DNA of 63,397 nucleotides, filler included, from Octopus bimaculoides (GCF_001194135.2; 9 parts of 9 records of this genome joined end to end with filler, not necessarily neighbours in it), one strand, 5' to 3'; shown: positions 24,909-37,833, counted from the whole stretch's first letter. The notes: generated from the sequence alone by a model not told the origin. A program made the numbers and translations.

Positions 24909-24966
24909 GTTTTATATGTTTGCCTTGGGACACCAGCTGGATTTATTTCTGCAAGAATTTACAAAA
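24909..24966 (+). CDS. TM9SF2: TM9SF2 exon, 58 nt
   Basis: tttaaag acceptor, gtgagt donor; VLYVCLGTPAGFISARIYK. Confidence 0.95.
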
Positions 24967-25065
24967 GTGAGTTATTCATGCTATTAAGAAAAAAAAAAAA
25001 AAAAAACTCTGTCAACATTTGTTAGGCTAATAGTAGCAGTTTAGAAGTTTAAATAAATTGTATAT

Positions 25066-25432
25066 TGGCTGTGTGGTAAGTAGCTTACTTACGAACCACA
25101 TGGTTCCAGGTTCAGTCCCTTCTCATGGCACCTTGGACAAGTGTCTTCTACTATAGCCTCGAGCTGATCAAAGCCTTGTGAGTGGATTTGGTAGATGGAA
25201 ACTGAAAGAAGCCCGTCATATATATGTGTGTGTCTGTCTGTCTGTTGCCCCCACCATCACTTGACAACCGATGTTGGTGTGTTTACATCCCTGTAACTTA
25301 GCAGTTCGGCAAAATAAACCGATAAAATAAGTACTAGGCTTACAAAGTATAAGTCCTGGGGTCGATTTGTTCAACTAAAGGCAGTGCTCCAACAAAACTG
25401 CAGTCAAATGACAAACAAATAAAAGAATAAAA
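25066..25432 (+). mobile_element. SINE family A, full length, in a TM9SF2 intron
   Basis: Head and tail match 4524-4930. Confidence 0.9.
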
Positions 25433-25734
25433 GCAAATTCAAAAATTTCGAATTGCTAGCAAATCTTTTAATATTACAATTGCTTTTCAAATTCTGCAGA
25501 GGTTGGCTTTGTCTTTTGTCCTTTCAGGGTCGATAAAACAAGTACCATTTGAACACTGGGTTGGTGTAGTCAACTTACTCCCTCCTCCGAAATTGCTGGC
25601 TTTGTGCCAAAATTTGAAACCACTATTACTATTTCTTTTTGTGTTAGTTTGTAAATATAATTTTTTTGCAACTTTCTTCTGATTTTGCTGTTGTCTTATT
25701 TTATCATAACTGCATTTAATTTTCTCTTAAATAG

Positions 25735-25792
25735 TGTTTGGTGGTGAAAAGTGGAAATCAAATGTTTTATTGACTGCATTCCTTTGCCCAGG
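25735..25792 (+). CDS. TM9SF2: TM9SF2 exon, 58 nt
   Basis: aaatag acceptor, gtaagt donor; (M)FGGEKWKSNVLLTAFLCP(G). Confidence 0.96.
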
Positions 25793-25919
25793 GTAAGTAT
25801 GAGTAAATGTTACAAGTGGTATTTTTGAATAGAAATGTTCTCTCTCAGGTTGTTAGCAATCTGAATATAAATGTTTGAAAGTATTATTTGAACTGAATGG
25901 AATCTGGTTTTATTTACAG

Positions 25920-26079
25920 AATCGTTTTTAGTATGTTTTTCCTGTTGAACTTGATTCTTTGGGGTAATAGCAGCAGTGCAGCCATACCATTTACAACCCT
26001 CCTGGCACTGTTGGCACTTTGGTTTGGAATTTCCGTACCACTTACATTTATTGGGGCTTACTTTGGCTTCAAGAAAAGA
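25920..26079 (+). CDS. TM9SF2: TM9SF2 exon, 160 nt
   Basis: tttacag acceptor, gtaagt donor; IVFSMFFLLNLILWGNSSSAAIPFTTLLALLALWFGISVPLTFIGAYFGFKKR. Confidence 0.97.
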
Positions 26080-26944
26080 GTAAGTACACATTTTCTTTTT
26101 ATAAGTGGAATATTATTTATTTGATTATTAAGTCAACTCACTCATTGATTTATGGTTTCTATGACATAATGTTTTCCTATCACCACCCACTTTATAGTGT
26201 GTACTGGGTAAATTTTGCTATATCACTGGTACCAGAGAAGTTGTCTCATATGGGAGGACTAAAAGGTCCCTTCTATTTTATATCATTTCTTATTCAGTGC
26301 CAAATATTCCAAGCTGGGTAGTCTGTGACATACCTTACAGGATGCACATCTCATTCATACATTCCAATGTTTTCGGTTTCTATTGCTGGATGCACTCCCT
26401 ATCACCAGCCATTTTACATTATGTATTGGGTGCATTTTTTACAGCCTTCTTAGTTGGTAAACTGGATGAAATGTGTCTTATGTTCATTTCCTCATTTTTG
26501 GTGTAGTTATTATTGCTAGATGCACTTGCTATCTCTAACCATTCTACAGCATAGGCTGGTTGCATTTTACCATGCCACCAACACAGAAGGCACTAGCAAG
26601 AGTAAAATGACACCCATTTCATTTAAGTTTTCAGGGGAATAGGGGAGAAACCCCTTCTTGGGGTGGGGGTTAATAACAAATGGGTATAAAGTTGCTTGTT
26701 GATGGCTGATGCTGTGTCCATAATATGAGGTTGCAAGTCTTAACATGTTGGCATCGAAGCTAATAGACTAACACTGGCTGAGCCTATTTTGTTAAAATAG
26801 GTGGTGAGGGTGGGAAATTTCTGTTTCTTAGATAAGCCATTTTTTCTTCTTTTTTTATGTTTCTGTTTGTAAATATATATTTTAGTGAGTTACAATATGG
26901 TATATAGCAGTTTTCTGATAACATTGTTTTAACTGCCATTTCAG

Positions 26945-27096
26945 CCTATAGAGCACCCTGTGCGCACTAATCTGATTCCACGCCAAATCCCAGATCAGTC
27001 ATTCTATACAAAGCCTTTACCTGGCATTATCATGGGAGGAGTGTTACCTTTTGGCTGTATATTTATTCAGCTATTCTTCATTTTAAACAGTTTATG
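26945..27096 (+). CDS. TM9SF2: TM9SF2 exon, 152 nt
   Basis: atttcag acceptor, gtaagt donor; PIEHPVRTNLIPRQIPDQSFYTKPLPGIIMGGVLPFGCIFIQLFFILNSL(W). Confidence 0.97.
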
Positions 27097-28902
27097 GTAA
27101 GTTACATTTTCATCTCTTTTACTCAGACTTATTCAGATGTCAGAATATATTTATATTCATTCCTTGTAGAGATTTCTTCAAGTTTTGGACATTTTGAAAA
27201 CACATACACACCTACAAAATACCTAGGTAGTTTTCAGAAAATGCTGATTAAGGTATTCTTGCAACAAGTTTAAAATGCTTGGTCTGGCCAAATTTATAAA
27301 TAACAGTGTATCCTGTATGGGTGTACACAAGTTTGTTTCCACATCATATATTGAGCACACACAGTAAATTTCAATGTACAATGCATATTTCTTCTGGCAA
27401 TATATGCTATCTGATCAAAAGTATCAGAACTAATGAGTAATCTAACTAATAATCTCTAGTTTTATCAAGGATGATTTGATTACTTGACTTTATATTCAGA
27501 TTGAATTATTTCATGTTACTTATGGTTGTCTGCCCATCACCAGGCTGATTTTTTTTACCTTGTCACACTTAAGAACTATGGGGTACTTTTCTGTTTATTG
27601 ATTCACAATTTAGTCAGCTGCCTTTGTCATTGTAAACAATTTTAGAATTTTATAGTATTATATTCTAATATATAACAAGTAGCTAATGCTTATGATTATA
27701 CTTAGTATATTTTCAGCTAATTTGGATAATTTTAGGTGAAAAAATAGCTCTTTTCAAATTACTTAGACTCACATTTGCATTTAATGTATACAAATACATT
27801 TTTAAACACATAAAAAAAATATCTAATACAAAATGTTACTTAATTAGTCAAAAATTTGTAGTCAGATTCTGAAATGGTATTGATCTTAGTAATATATTAT
27901 TGTAATATATATTACGTGTCTCAAGAAATGAAATTCATAGCAAAACCTGTCATCATTGTACAAAAGAAGTCCGATATTTTTGTGAAGTATCAATCATCAC
28001 AAAATGTTGCTGAAAGTTCATAAATGTAGAGATGTGTAAATCTCTCTGCATTTTCTGTGAGGAGCTTTTTGACGTTAGGTTTCTTACTTTTTATTTTTTA
28101 TTTTTGCTCTCAATATTTATAATCTACTTTCAGTTGAACTTGGTAAGTAATCTACCTACTAACTAAATGGTGTTTTTAATTTGCATTACAAATAAAGCTG
28201 CATCTTATTTCTGATAGTATCCAAATCTCTTTCAAATCTTACCCTATCAATTTAGGAACAAATGATTCCATAGATAGTGTGGTCTGGGATGTACTGGAGC
28301 TGGACGAACATGAAATGGTCATGGCTCAATACTTTGGAGCATAATTCTACTCAATCAGAGTCAACATAGGAGTGAACAATAAGAACCAGCAGTTATCTTT
28401 GTTATTAGTTTCTTTACAATCTTGGTTTAGTATAAATTTTTTTGTCCAAATGCACTTTCTGTCTCAGAAATATTTATGGAAACATGTGGCAGACAATTCA
28501 AGAGATTGATTACTCTGAGATAAAGTTTTGGTGCATCTTCTTAAAGTTTTAATTGTATTTACTAGCTCAGTAGTCTCAAGACCAATGCTTAAAATATGTC
28601 AGAGACTATGTACTCACTCCATCATCTCTGTGTTGGTGTTCATAATGCAGCTTTAAGATTTTTGTTGGAGAAATTGATTTACTGTACAGAATACAACCAT
28701 GGGTTTTTTTTTTCTCATCTTACTTGATAAAAGATTTGTGGTAAATACATTTATCTTTTACTTCTTTCAGTCATTATGGCTGTGCTGGAGAACCAGCTTG
28801 AAACATTTTAGTCAAACGAATCAACCCCAATGCTTATGTTTTTTTAAAGCCTGGTACTTATCCTGCCTGTCTCTTTTGCTGAACCATAAGTTATGGGGAC
28901 AT

Positions 28903-28936
<34 letters not shown>

Positions 28937-28940
<4 letters not shown>

Positions 28941-29098
28941 TGGGCTTCTTTCAGTTTGTCTGCCAAATCCACTCACAAAGCTTTGGTTGGCCTGAGACTA
29001 TGGTAGAAGATACTTGCCCAAGGTGCCATGCAATGGGAGTGAACCTGGAACCATGTGATTGGGAAGCAAACTTCTTACCACACAGCAGTACCTGCACT
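28937..29098 (-). mobile_element. SINE family A, 5' half, antisense, in a TM9SF2 intron
   Basis: Reverse complement of the family A head, followed by (CA)n. Confidence 0.85.
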
Positions 29099-29353
29099 TA
29101 ACAACATATAACTAACTTCAAAACAATGGTTGAGATATAGAAATGCATGTAATAATAAACAGTTTTCAAATTGATTATACATCTAATAATAGAAATATTT
29201 GTTGATTAAAAAGTTAATTAGTAATAAATTATGTGATCTGGAGATGAAACTTTTCTTTTGTAAGCTTGCCAAATATTTGACAAAAATGAGTAAATAAGTA
29301 AAATATTTTGTGATAGTAAAAAAGATTTCTTCTTTATTTTAAATTTATTTCAG

Positions 29354-29465
29354 GTCACATCAAACATACTATATGTTTGGATTCCTCTTTCTTGTGTTCA
29401 TCATCCTCATCATCACTTGCTCTGAAGCTACCATCTTGCTGTGTTATTTTCACCTATGTGCTGAG
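29354..29465 (+). CDS. TM9SF2: TM9SF2 exon, 112 nt (last one found; the C-terminal exons are missing)
   Basis: atttcag acceptor, gtaatc donor; [37 protein letters not shown]. Confidence 0.97.
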
Positions 29466-29986
29466 GTAATCATTTTTCATCTAGTATTTACTCCTTCACA
29501 ACATTCTCACACATCTGTCTTGTATAACAAGTTTTCTGAAATAACTTAGTATTTTAAATTCAGTTCTCTTTGAAGAGGTGGATGCTCATTTTACCATGTT
29601 GAGATTAGATATGTCTGCAAAGCAATTATTTATGATATACTCCATTACAATATAACACTGTGTAACACGGTTTTTTATCCTTGGGTAGGAGCTGTTATTT
29701 CCTATTTGCTTACCCCAACAAAGTATGAAAAATGGCTAATATTACCTTCAAACTTTGCTTTTGTTATGTTTATTCAAACTTCAAAGAATCCCTCTCAACA
29801 CATGGCTATGATGCTTCCCCCACTACTCCTGCTCAGGATCAGAGATGTACATATNNNNNNNNNNNNNNNNNNNNNNNNNNNNNNNNNNNNNNNNNNNNTT
29901 AATTAATTAANNNNNNNNNNNNNNNNNNNNNNNNNNNNNNNNNNNNNNNNNNNNCGATTTCACATAAAAAAAATCTTGCAAAACAA

Positions 29987-30024
<38 letters not shown>

Positions 30025-30028
<4 letters not shown>

Positions 30029-30340
30029 AGTAATGACTCCTTTGGGATTGCACCTAGAAAGTTACCCTCCGAGTCACAAGTCTGGGCAAGTTTGCTAATA
30101 GAAGACCAGCAATCGCCCATGCATGCCAGCCTCCCCTCTCCACGCCACCGATGTTATCCAAAGGAAAGACAAAGGCTGGTACAGTTTGTTACCAGTGACG
30201 TCGCAACTCATTTCTACACCTGGAGCAACGTGAAATAAAGTGTCTAGCTCAAGAGCACAACACGCAGCCCGATCCGGGAATCGAACTCACAACCTTCTGA
30301 TTGTAAACCTGAAGCTTTTACCACTGATCCACGCACCTTA
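30025..30340 (-). mobile_element. SINE family C, full length
   Basis: Matches 6588-6925. Confidence 0.85.
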
Positions 30341-30406
30341 ACACACACACATACACACACACACATACACACACACACNNNNNNNNNNCACACACACATA
30401 CACACA

Positions 30407-30437
<31 letters not shown>

Positions 30438-30699
30438 CAATATATATTATATAATGTACTCCGTTCTTTCTACATGTGCATATTTTGTGTAACAGATTAG
30501 CGTTTGAGGCTGTTGAATTTGTTGCACTTTATACGATTTGCTTTCTAAATCACTCGATACGAGTTGGAGTCGTTCTGTTATTTTTTGTATTTGTTTCATA
30601 GGGCTTAATGAAACACTGAAGTTTTCTAAATGATCCAACAGCGTCTCTACATAGTTGTTGTGATTGTCGTTTGTATTTGAAAATTTCTCATGCTTTCTT

Positions 30700-30920
30700 A
30701 GTGCTTACCTAATCTTAGATATATTAAAACGCAATGTATCACCAAACAACTGGCCGGCTGTGGCTGCTGGATCTGAAACTAACACGACGCTGCAGAAAAG
30801 TAGGTTTAGGGAGGGCGTGGGCCAAAACTACGCGTCCTTCCCCTCCATTGGTCAGTTGACGTTTAGACAGTGTCACGTGACAGCTAGGTGGTGCTGGCTG
30901 CTGGAGCCTATCGGTGAGTA
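30700..30920. promoter_or_regulatory. Candidate bidirectional promoter with two outward-facing first-exon donors
   Basis: CpG-rich patch; GGGCGTGG 30813-30820; inverted CCAAT 30847-30851; TGTCACGTGACA palindrome 30871-30882; + strand donor G/GTGAGT at 30913/30914; - strand donor AG/GTAAGC at 30709/30708. Confidence 0.55.
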
Positions 30921-31709
30921 TTTAACAGGAAATTTTTTGCCGGATTGTCATTCGCCCGCTGACATTCGTTGGTGCTGCATCGNNNNNNNNNNNNNNNNNN
31001 NNNNNNNNNNNNNNNNNNNNNNNNNNNNNNNNNNNNNNNNNNNNNNNNNNNNNNNNNNNNNNNNNNNNNNNNNNNNNNNNNNNNNNNNNNNNNNNNNNNN
31101 NNNNNNNNNNNNNNNNNNNNNNNNNNNNNNNNNNNNNNNNNNNNNNNNNNNNNNNNNNNNNNNNNNNNNNNNNNNNNNNNNNNNNNNNNNNNNNNNNNNN
31201 NNNNNNNNNNNNNNNNNNNNNNNNNNNNNNNNNNNNNNNNNNNNNNNNNNNNNNNNNNNNNNNNNNNNNNNNNNNNNNNNNNNNNNNNNNNNNNNNNNNN
31301 NNNNNNNNNNNNNNNNNNNNNNNNNNNNNNNNNNNNNNNNNNNNNNNNNNNNNNNNNNNNNNNNNNNNNNNNNNNNNNNNNNNNNNNNNNNNNNNNNNNN
31401 NNNNNNNNNNNNNNNNNNNNNNNNNNNNNNNNNNNNNNNNNNNNNNNNNNNNNNNNNNNNNNNNNNNNNNNNNNNNNNNNNNNNNNNNNNNNNNNNNNNN
31501 NNNNNNNNNNNNNNNNNNNNNNNNNNNNNNNNNNNNNNNNNNNNNNNNNNNNNNNNNNNNNNNNNNNNNNNNNNNNNNNNNNNNNNNNNNNNNNNNNNNN
31601 NNNNNNNNNNNNNNNNNNNNNNNNNNNNNNNNNNNNNNNNNNNNNNNNNNNNNNNNNNNNNNNNNNNNNNNNNNNNNNNNNNNNNNNNNNNNNNNNNNNN
31701 NNNNNNNNG

Positions 31710-31985
31710 GATTTGGTAGACGGGAACTGAAAGAAGTCCGTCGTATATATGTATATATGTATGTGTGTGTATATGTTTGTGTGTCTGTGTTTGTCCCACC
31801 CACCAACATTGCCTGACAACCGATGCTGGTGTGTTTACGTCCCTGTAACTTAGCGGTTCGGCAAAAGAGAGACCGATAGAATAAGTACTAGGCTTACAAA
31901 GAATAAGTCCTGGGGTCGATTTGTTCGACTAAAGGCGGTGCTCCAGCATGGCCACAGTCAAATGACTGAAACAAGTAAAAGAGTT
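31710..31985 (+). mobile_element. SINE family A (5' end in a gap), little diverged
   Basis: Matches the family A body and tail. Confidence 0.9.
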
Positions 31986-33304
31986 ATGTAATTCCCGTCT
32001 TTATGTCTTTAACATTTTTCTCACTCTCTTCATCTCTCACTTCCACTAACTCTCTCTCTTTATCTCTCTCTTAATGTAACTTCCTCCCCTGCCCATCTCT
32101 TTTTGCTTTTCTTTAATCTTGTCACCAGACCACCACCCTCTGCTGAGTATTGTATCCTAAGTATATCTCTTTTTCTTTACATTTCCCGCCGCCACCCTAC
32201 AGCACGTCGTTAACACTTCTCTCACCCTCATTACTCTGTGTCACTTTCTCTCTCGCTTTTTGTCTCTCCCTTCAACTAACCACGTGATGCGTTTGGCCTT
32301 ATTGTACCTCTTTCTCTACGTCTTCCTCACTCCTTTTTTCTCTACTCACACTCCTCACCCTCTCTCTCCCACTTTTACTCCACTTTCCAACCACTCCACC
32401 TCCCTAACCACAGTATAAGGGGCGAACGAACAAGCAGATTAATAGAGCTTTGTCGCGAATTATATTTAATCAATTTTAAACAGGTACGCGCGCACATACG
32501 CATGTATTTATATGCACAGGCATAGATCTATATATAAATTTGTGCATGTATAAGTATATATATATATATATATATATATATAATCATAAATATATAGGGA
32601 TTGACAGTAACCTGCTTCTCCAACATACTGAGAATTCAGAAATAGCAGCCAAAGAACTACTGATTCCAAAACTACAAATTATTACTCTAAATTGATAGTA
32701 ATAATTTGTAGTTTNNNNNNNNNNNNNNNNNNNNNNNNNNNNNNNNNNNNNNNNNNNNNNNNNNNNNNNNNNNNNNNNNNNNNNNNNNNNNNNNNNNNNN
32801 NNNNNNNNNNNNNNNNNNNNNNNNNNNNNNNNNNNNNNNNNNNNNNNNNNNNNNNNNNNNNNNNNNNNNNNNNNNNNNNNNNNNNNNNNNNNNNNNNNNN
32901 NNNNNNNNNNNNNNNNNNNNNNNNNNNNNNNNNNNNNNNNNNNNNNNNNNNNNNNNNNNNNNNNNNNNNNNNNNNNNNNNNNNNNNNNNNNNNNNNNNNN
33001 NNNNNNNNNNNNNNNNNNNNNNNNNNNNNNNNNNNNNNNNNNNNNNNNNNNNNNNNNNNNNNNNNNNNNNNNNNNNNNNNNNNNNNNNNNNNNNNNNNNN
33101 NNNNNNNNNNNNNNNNNNNNNNNNNNNNNNNNNNNNNNNNNNNNNNNNNNNNNNNNNNNNNNNNNNNNNNNNNNNNNNNNNNNNNNNNNNNNNNNNNNNN
33201 NNNNNNNNNNNNNNNNNNNNNNNNNNNNNNNNNNNNNNNNNNNNNNNNNNNNNNNNNNNNNNNNNNNNNNNNNNNNNNNNNNNNNNNNNNNNNNNNNNNN
33301 NNNN

Positions 33305-33369
<65 letters not shown>

Positions 33370-33394
33370 GCGTGTGTGCGCGCACGTGTATGTA

Positions 33395-33720
33395 TGACTG
33401 TGTGGTTAGGTTTTTCACAATCGTATGGTTCTGAGTTTAGTCTCACTGCCTGATACCTTTGGCAAGTGTCATCTACTATGTGAAAGAAGCCGGCTGTATG
33501 TGTGTGTGTATATGAATGTGCATTTTTGTCTGTGTTTGACCACCTACACCACTTGACAACCGGTGCCAGTTTGTTTACGACCGCGTAACTTAACGGTTTG
33601 GCTAAAATGAACCGCTAAAATAAGTACCAGTGCTCAAAGCAGTACTGGGGTCGATTCTTACGGCCCAAAACTTCAAAACGGTGCCACAACATAACTGAAA
33701 TAAGTAAAAGATAACATATA
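33395..33720 (+). mobile_element. SINE family A, diverged
   Basis: Degenerate head and tail motifs. Confidence 0.7.
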
Positions 33721-33948
33721 TACACGCGCGTGTGTGTGTGTGTGTGTGTACATATACAGACACACACACGAACGCGCACATATGTATGTATCGGCATGAA
33801 TACGCACTTTATGCACTTGTCATACGTCTAGGGCCGACCGAAGATTTGTGAATACATTTGATAGACGGAAGCTGAAAGTAGCCTACCATATACATGTATC
33901 TATGTATACGTGTGTGTGTGTATGTGGGTAGGTAGTCACATACGTGTG

Positions 33949-33981
<33 letters not shown>

Positions 33982-34454
33982 TTGTATTATACTAAAACTC
34001 AAAGTTTGTCTGTTTTCCTGCCATTTGATTAAGATGATAAAGATTACAAATAAAATAGTCATTTTCCCCATTTAAGAAAAAAAAAAATCAAGTTGAAAAT
34101 GTCGACAATTCAAAGAGAAGTGTAAGCTGCCGCCGTCCGTCTTTTTTTCTTACTTTCCTTTTTTTCTTACTTTCCTTTTTTTCTTTCTTTCTCTCTCCTT
34201 AATCATTTATATAACTTTCGGAGCGCTATGGACTTGGAAGATAGAAATTCCACCAATATTTTTACGAGATACTTTTGAATCACGGGTATTTTTTTTTTAA
34301 GGGGAAAATTACTATTTAATTTAAAATAAAATATTCATCTTTATCATCTTAATCAAAAAACAGAGAAAGAAACACAGATTATCTCTTTGCAGGCGAAGAT
34401 CAGTTGCAATGGGAGTACTTGAATCTCATAAAAATAGAAAAACAAACAACAAAT

Positions 34455-35030
34455 GGATTGTACTTTATAATGAAACTCTTAAGAACTTTCAAATGCCACT
34501 GCAATGTTGAAATAGTTGCCTCAGTAAGGTCAATTAAGTACATCATCAAGTACACACAGAAGAAATGACCAAACTGTTGTTCAAATAAACAATGATAACG
34601 AAATTAGTCAATATCTAATGGGTAGGTATATTGGACCATCCACATCAGTTGCATCCATTTTGAGATTTTCAATTCATGAAAGACCACCTGCAATGGTCAG
34701 ACTGCAAATTCATCCACCAGATGAACAAAGAATATTGCTCAGAAATTATGAGGATATCAATGAAATAATGAGGCTGTAAATAAACAACATATGAAAACAA
34801 CATTGACGGAATTCTTTTCATTGTGCATAAACATTACTTAAACAAGTAGCCATGTATTTTACTCGGAAGAGTGGTAACAAAGAATGGCAAAGAAGATAGC
34901 GAGGAAAAAAAAGTTGAAAGTCATTTGAAAAAGCCATTTCAAGAAAGAAACACTTGGTCATGTTTATGTCGTCAAACCAAAAGAAGGAGAACTCTTTTAT
35001 TTAAGAATTTTATTGCATGAAGTTCGAAAT
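34455..35030 (+). mobile_element. Helitron Rep/helicase coding relic
   Basis: Frameshifted NKWIVLYN..HCNVEIVASVRSIKYIIKY..NEISQYLMGRYIG..RLQIHPPDEQ..TTLTEFF..LGHVYVVKPKEGELFYLRILLHEVR resembles the Helitron Rep region. Confidence 0.85.
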
Positions 35031-35121
35031 AGTATTCTTTCTTTTCAACTTGGAATGGTTGTGACCCAATGGCTACGGCTGGTACATCTACTATATATAT
35101 ATATATATATACATTCATTAT

Positions 35122-35175
<54 letters not shown>

Positions 35176-35917
35176 GCATATACCTACGTACGTATATGTG
35201 TATGTATANNNNNNNNNNNNNNNNNNNNNNNNNNNNNNNNNNNNNNNNNNNNNNNNNNNNNNNNNNNNNNNNNNNNNNNNNNNNNNNNNNNNNNNNNNNN
35301 NNNNNNNNNNNNNNNNNNNNNNNNNNNNNNNNNNNNNNNNNNNNNNNNNNNNNNNNNNNNNNNNNNNNNNNNNNNNNNNNNNNNNNNNNNNNNNNNNNNN
35401 NNNNNNNNNNNNNNNNNNNNNNNNNNNNNNNNNNNNNNNNNNNNNNNNNNNNNNNNNNNNNNNNNNNNNNNNNNNNNNNNNNNNNNNNNNNNNNNNNNNN
35501 NNNNNNNNNNNNNNNNNNNNNNNNNNNNNNNNNNNNNNNNNNNNNNNNNNNNNNNNNNNNNNNNNNNNNNNNNNNNNNNNNNNNNNNNNNNNNNNNNNNN
35601 NNNNNNNNNNNNNNNNNNNNNNNNNNNNNNNNNNNNNNNNNNNNNNNNNNNNNNNNNNNNNNNNNNNNNNNNNNNNNNNNNNNNNNNNNNNNNNNNNNNN
35701 NNNNNNNNNNNNNNNNNNNNNNNNNNNNNNNNNNNNNNNNNNNNNNNNNNNNNNNNNNNNNNNNNNNNNNNNNNNNNNNNNNNNNNNNNNNNNNNNNNNN
35801 NNNNNNNNNNNNNNNNNNNNNNNNNNNNNNNNNNNNNNNNNNNNNNNNNNNNNNNNNNNNNNNNNNNNNNNNNNNNNNNNNNNNNNNNNNNNNNNNNNNN
35901 NNNNNNNNNNNNNNNNN

Positions 35918-35965
<48 letters not shown>

Positions 35966-36472
35966 CTGTGTGCCTGTTTGTTTTACTATATCCTTGATTT
36001 GACTTCGGACAATAGTTGTAAGCGAGTGTCACTGTGATGAAAGAGGTGTTCTTTGTTTTCAATCTTCCACGTAATCGTATCTGGACATGGTAAGACGTTA
36101 GTTTACTTGGAAACTGGTGAGAGTTAACGACAGGAAGGGCATCCAGCGGTACAAAATTAGTTCAAACCATTTCAACAGGGAAAAGACAATATTTTCAACC
36201 GATACATTTACAACTCATTACAACTGCATCTTATAATACAAATGCTCCACTTCTTTGTATGTACATATATTTACTTGATTGCTGACATTTATCAATGGTT
36301 TCTCCCACTGTTTGTGTGCACCATTGTCTAACATTGGGAAGACCGTCGACATTTTTGACGACTCGGTAACGCTAGTATACACACACATACACACCACTTT
36401 TGTTGCATAGCATAGTACTCTTTTTGTTCATATAAATATCCATCAGACACACATCGATATACATTCGCACAC

Positions 36473-36504
<32 letters not shown>

Positions 36505-36555
36505 NNNNNNNNNNNNNNNNNNNNNNNNNNNNNNNNNNNNATAGATATATATAAG

Positions 36556-36785
36556 GTGAGCGAGCTGGCGGAAGCGTTAGCACGCAGGGCGAAATGCTTA
36601 GCGGTATTTCGTCTGCCATTACGTTCTGAGTTTAAATTCCGCAGAGGTCGACTTTGCCTTTCATCCTTTCGGGGTCGATAAATTAAGTACCAGTTATGCA
36701 CTGGGGCCGATGTAATCAACTTAATCCCTTTGTCCGTCCTTGTTTGTCCCCTCTGTGTTTAGCCCTTTGTGGGCAATAAAGAAAT
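36556..36785 (+). mobile_element. SINE family B, full length
   Basis: aaggtgagcgagctggcggaagcgttagcacg...ggggtcgataaattaagtacc...gggcaataaagaaata. Confidence 0.9.
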
Positions 36786-36786
36786 A

Positions 36787-36819
<33 letters not shown>

Positions 36820-37254
36820 CGCGCGCGCGCGAAATGTAATTGAATGCAATTCTATTAAATATTGCATTACCCTACCATTCGGTATGCACTAATGTGCATG
36901 CACTCATTATTTATAAATATATCCTAAATCTATGCATAAACGTATAAGTAATCTTGAATATCAGTAGGAGCAGTTACTGAGATATATAACATTTTTGTTT
37001 TTAATATAAAATATAAGATATCTAGAAAGCGTTGCGGTTTGAAATATCTTTGATAAACACTTAAGATGTACGACGCTCTATTAACTACGTTATATGTGCT
37101 GACGTGACTGAAATAAACACTTAAGAAATTATTACAGGAAATAATAGTTTTTGTAGCTTTATAATATATATATAGTTTATATTGTAATTTGAATCCTTAA
37201 ATATTTTCCTCATAAATATTATTACATATACTTTTTTTAAAGTATACTTGTATA

Positions 37255-37292
37255 TATTATTATTATTGTTATTATTATTATTATTATTATTA

Positions 37293-37343
<51 letters not shown>

Positions 37344-37345
37344 GC
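37255..37345. repeat. (TTA)n microsatellite followed by a SINE B head fragment
   Basis: Visible directly in the sequence. Confidence 0.9.
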
Positions 37346-37833
37346 TAAGGTGGTGAGCTGGCAGAATCATTAGCGCACCAACGTCATCACAACTATTATT
37401 TTTCGACATCTGATAGATTCAATTAACTTCCTATTGCACCTTTGTGCTAATGGTGTGCTGTGTACTGCATTCTCTTTTTATTTTCTGTTGGGATATTGTA
37501 TTGTATCAGTATCTTTTTTTTTATGGTGTTTGGTTTGAGTTTTCTGTTGTATTATTTTTTGTATTGTGTATTGTTTGTGCAGCGCGGGTTGTGATCTTCT
37601 GTCGAGTATCAGCGTTCTAAGGCACATGCTGTGGGCTTTGTCCATTTTGCTGGGTATTTACAGTATGATAAAGTGATAGTATGTTGTCAACTTAATGTAA
37701 CAGTCCCATAAAAGGGAAGAATGCTACTGTTATTTAGTCCTAGAAAACACCGTTTCCTGTTGGACTTGACACATTTTCTGTGTCCTTATGTTTTCAAAGT
37801 GGAGACAAGCACCTCCACCCAGCAAAGCCAGCA

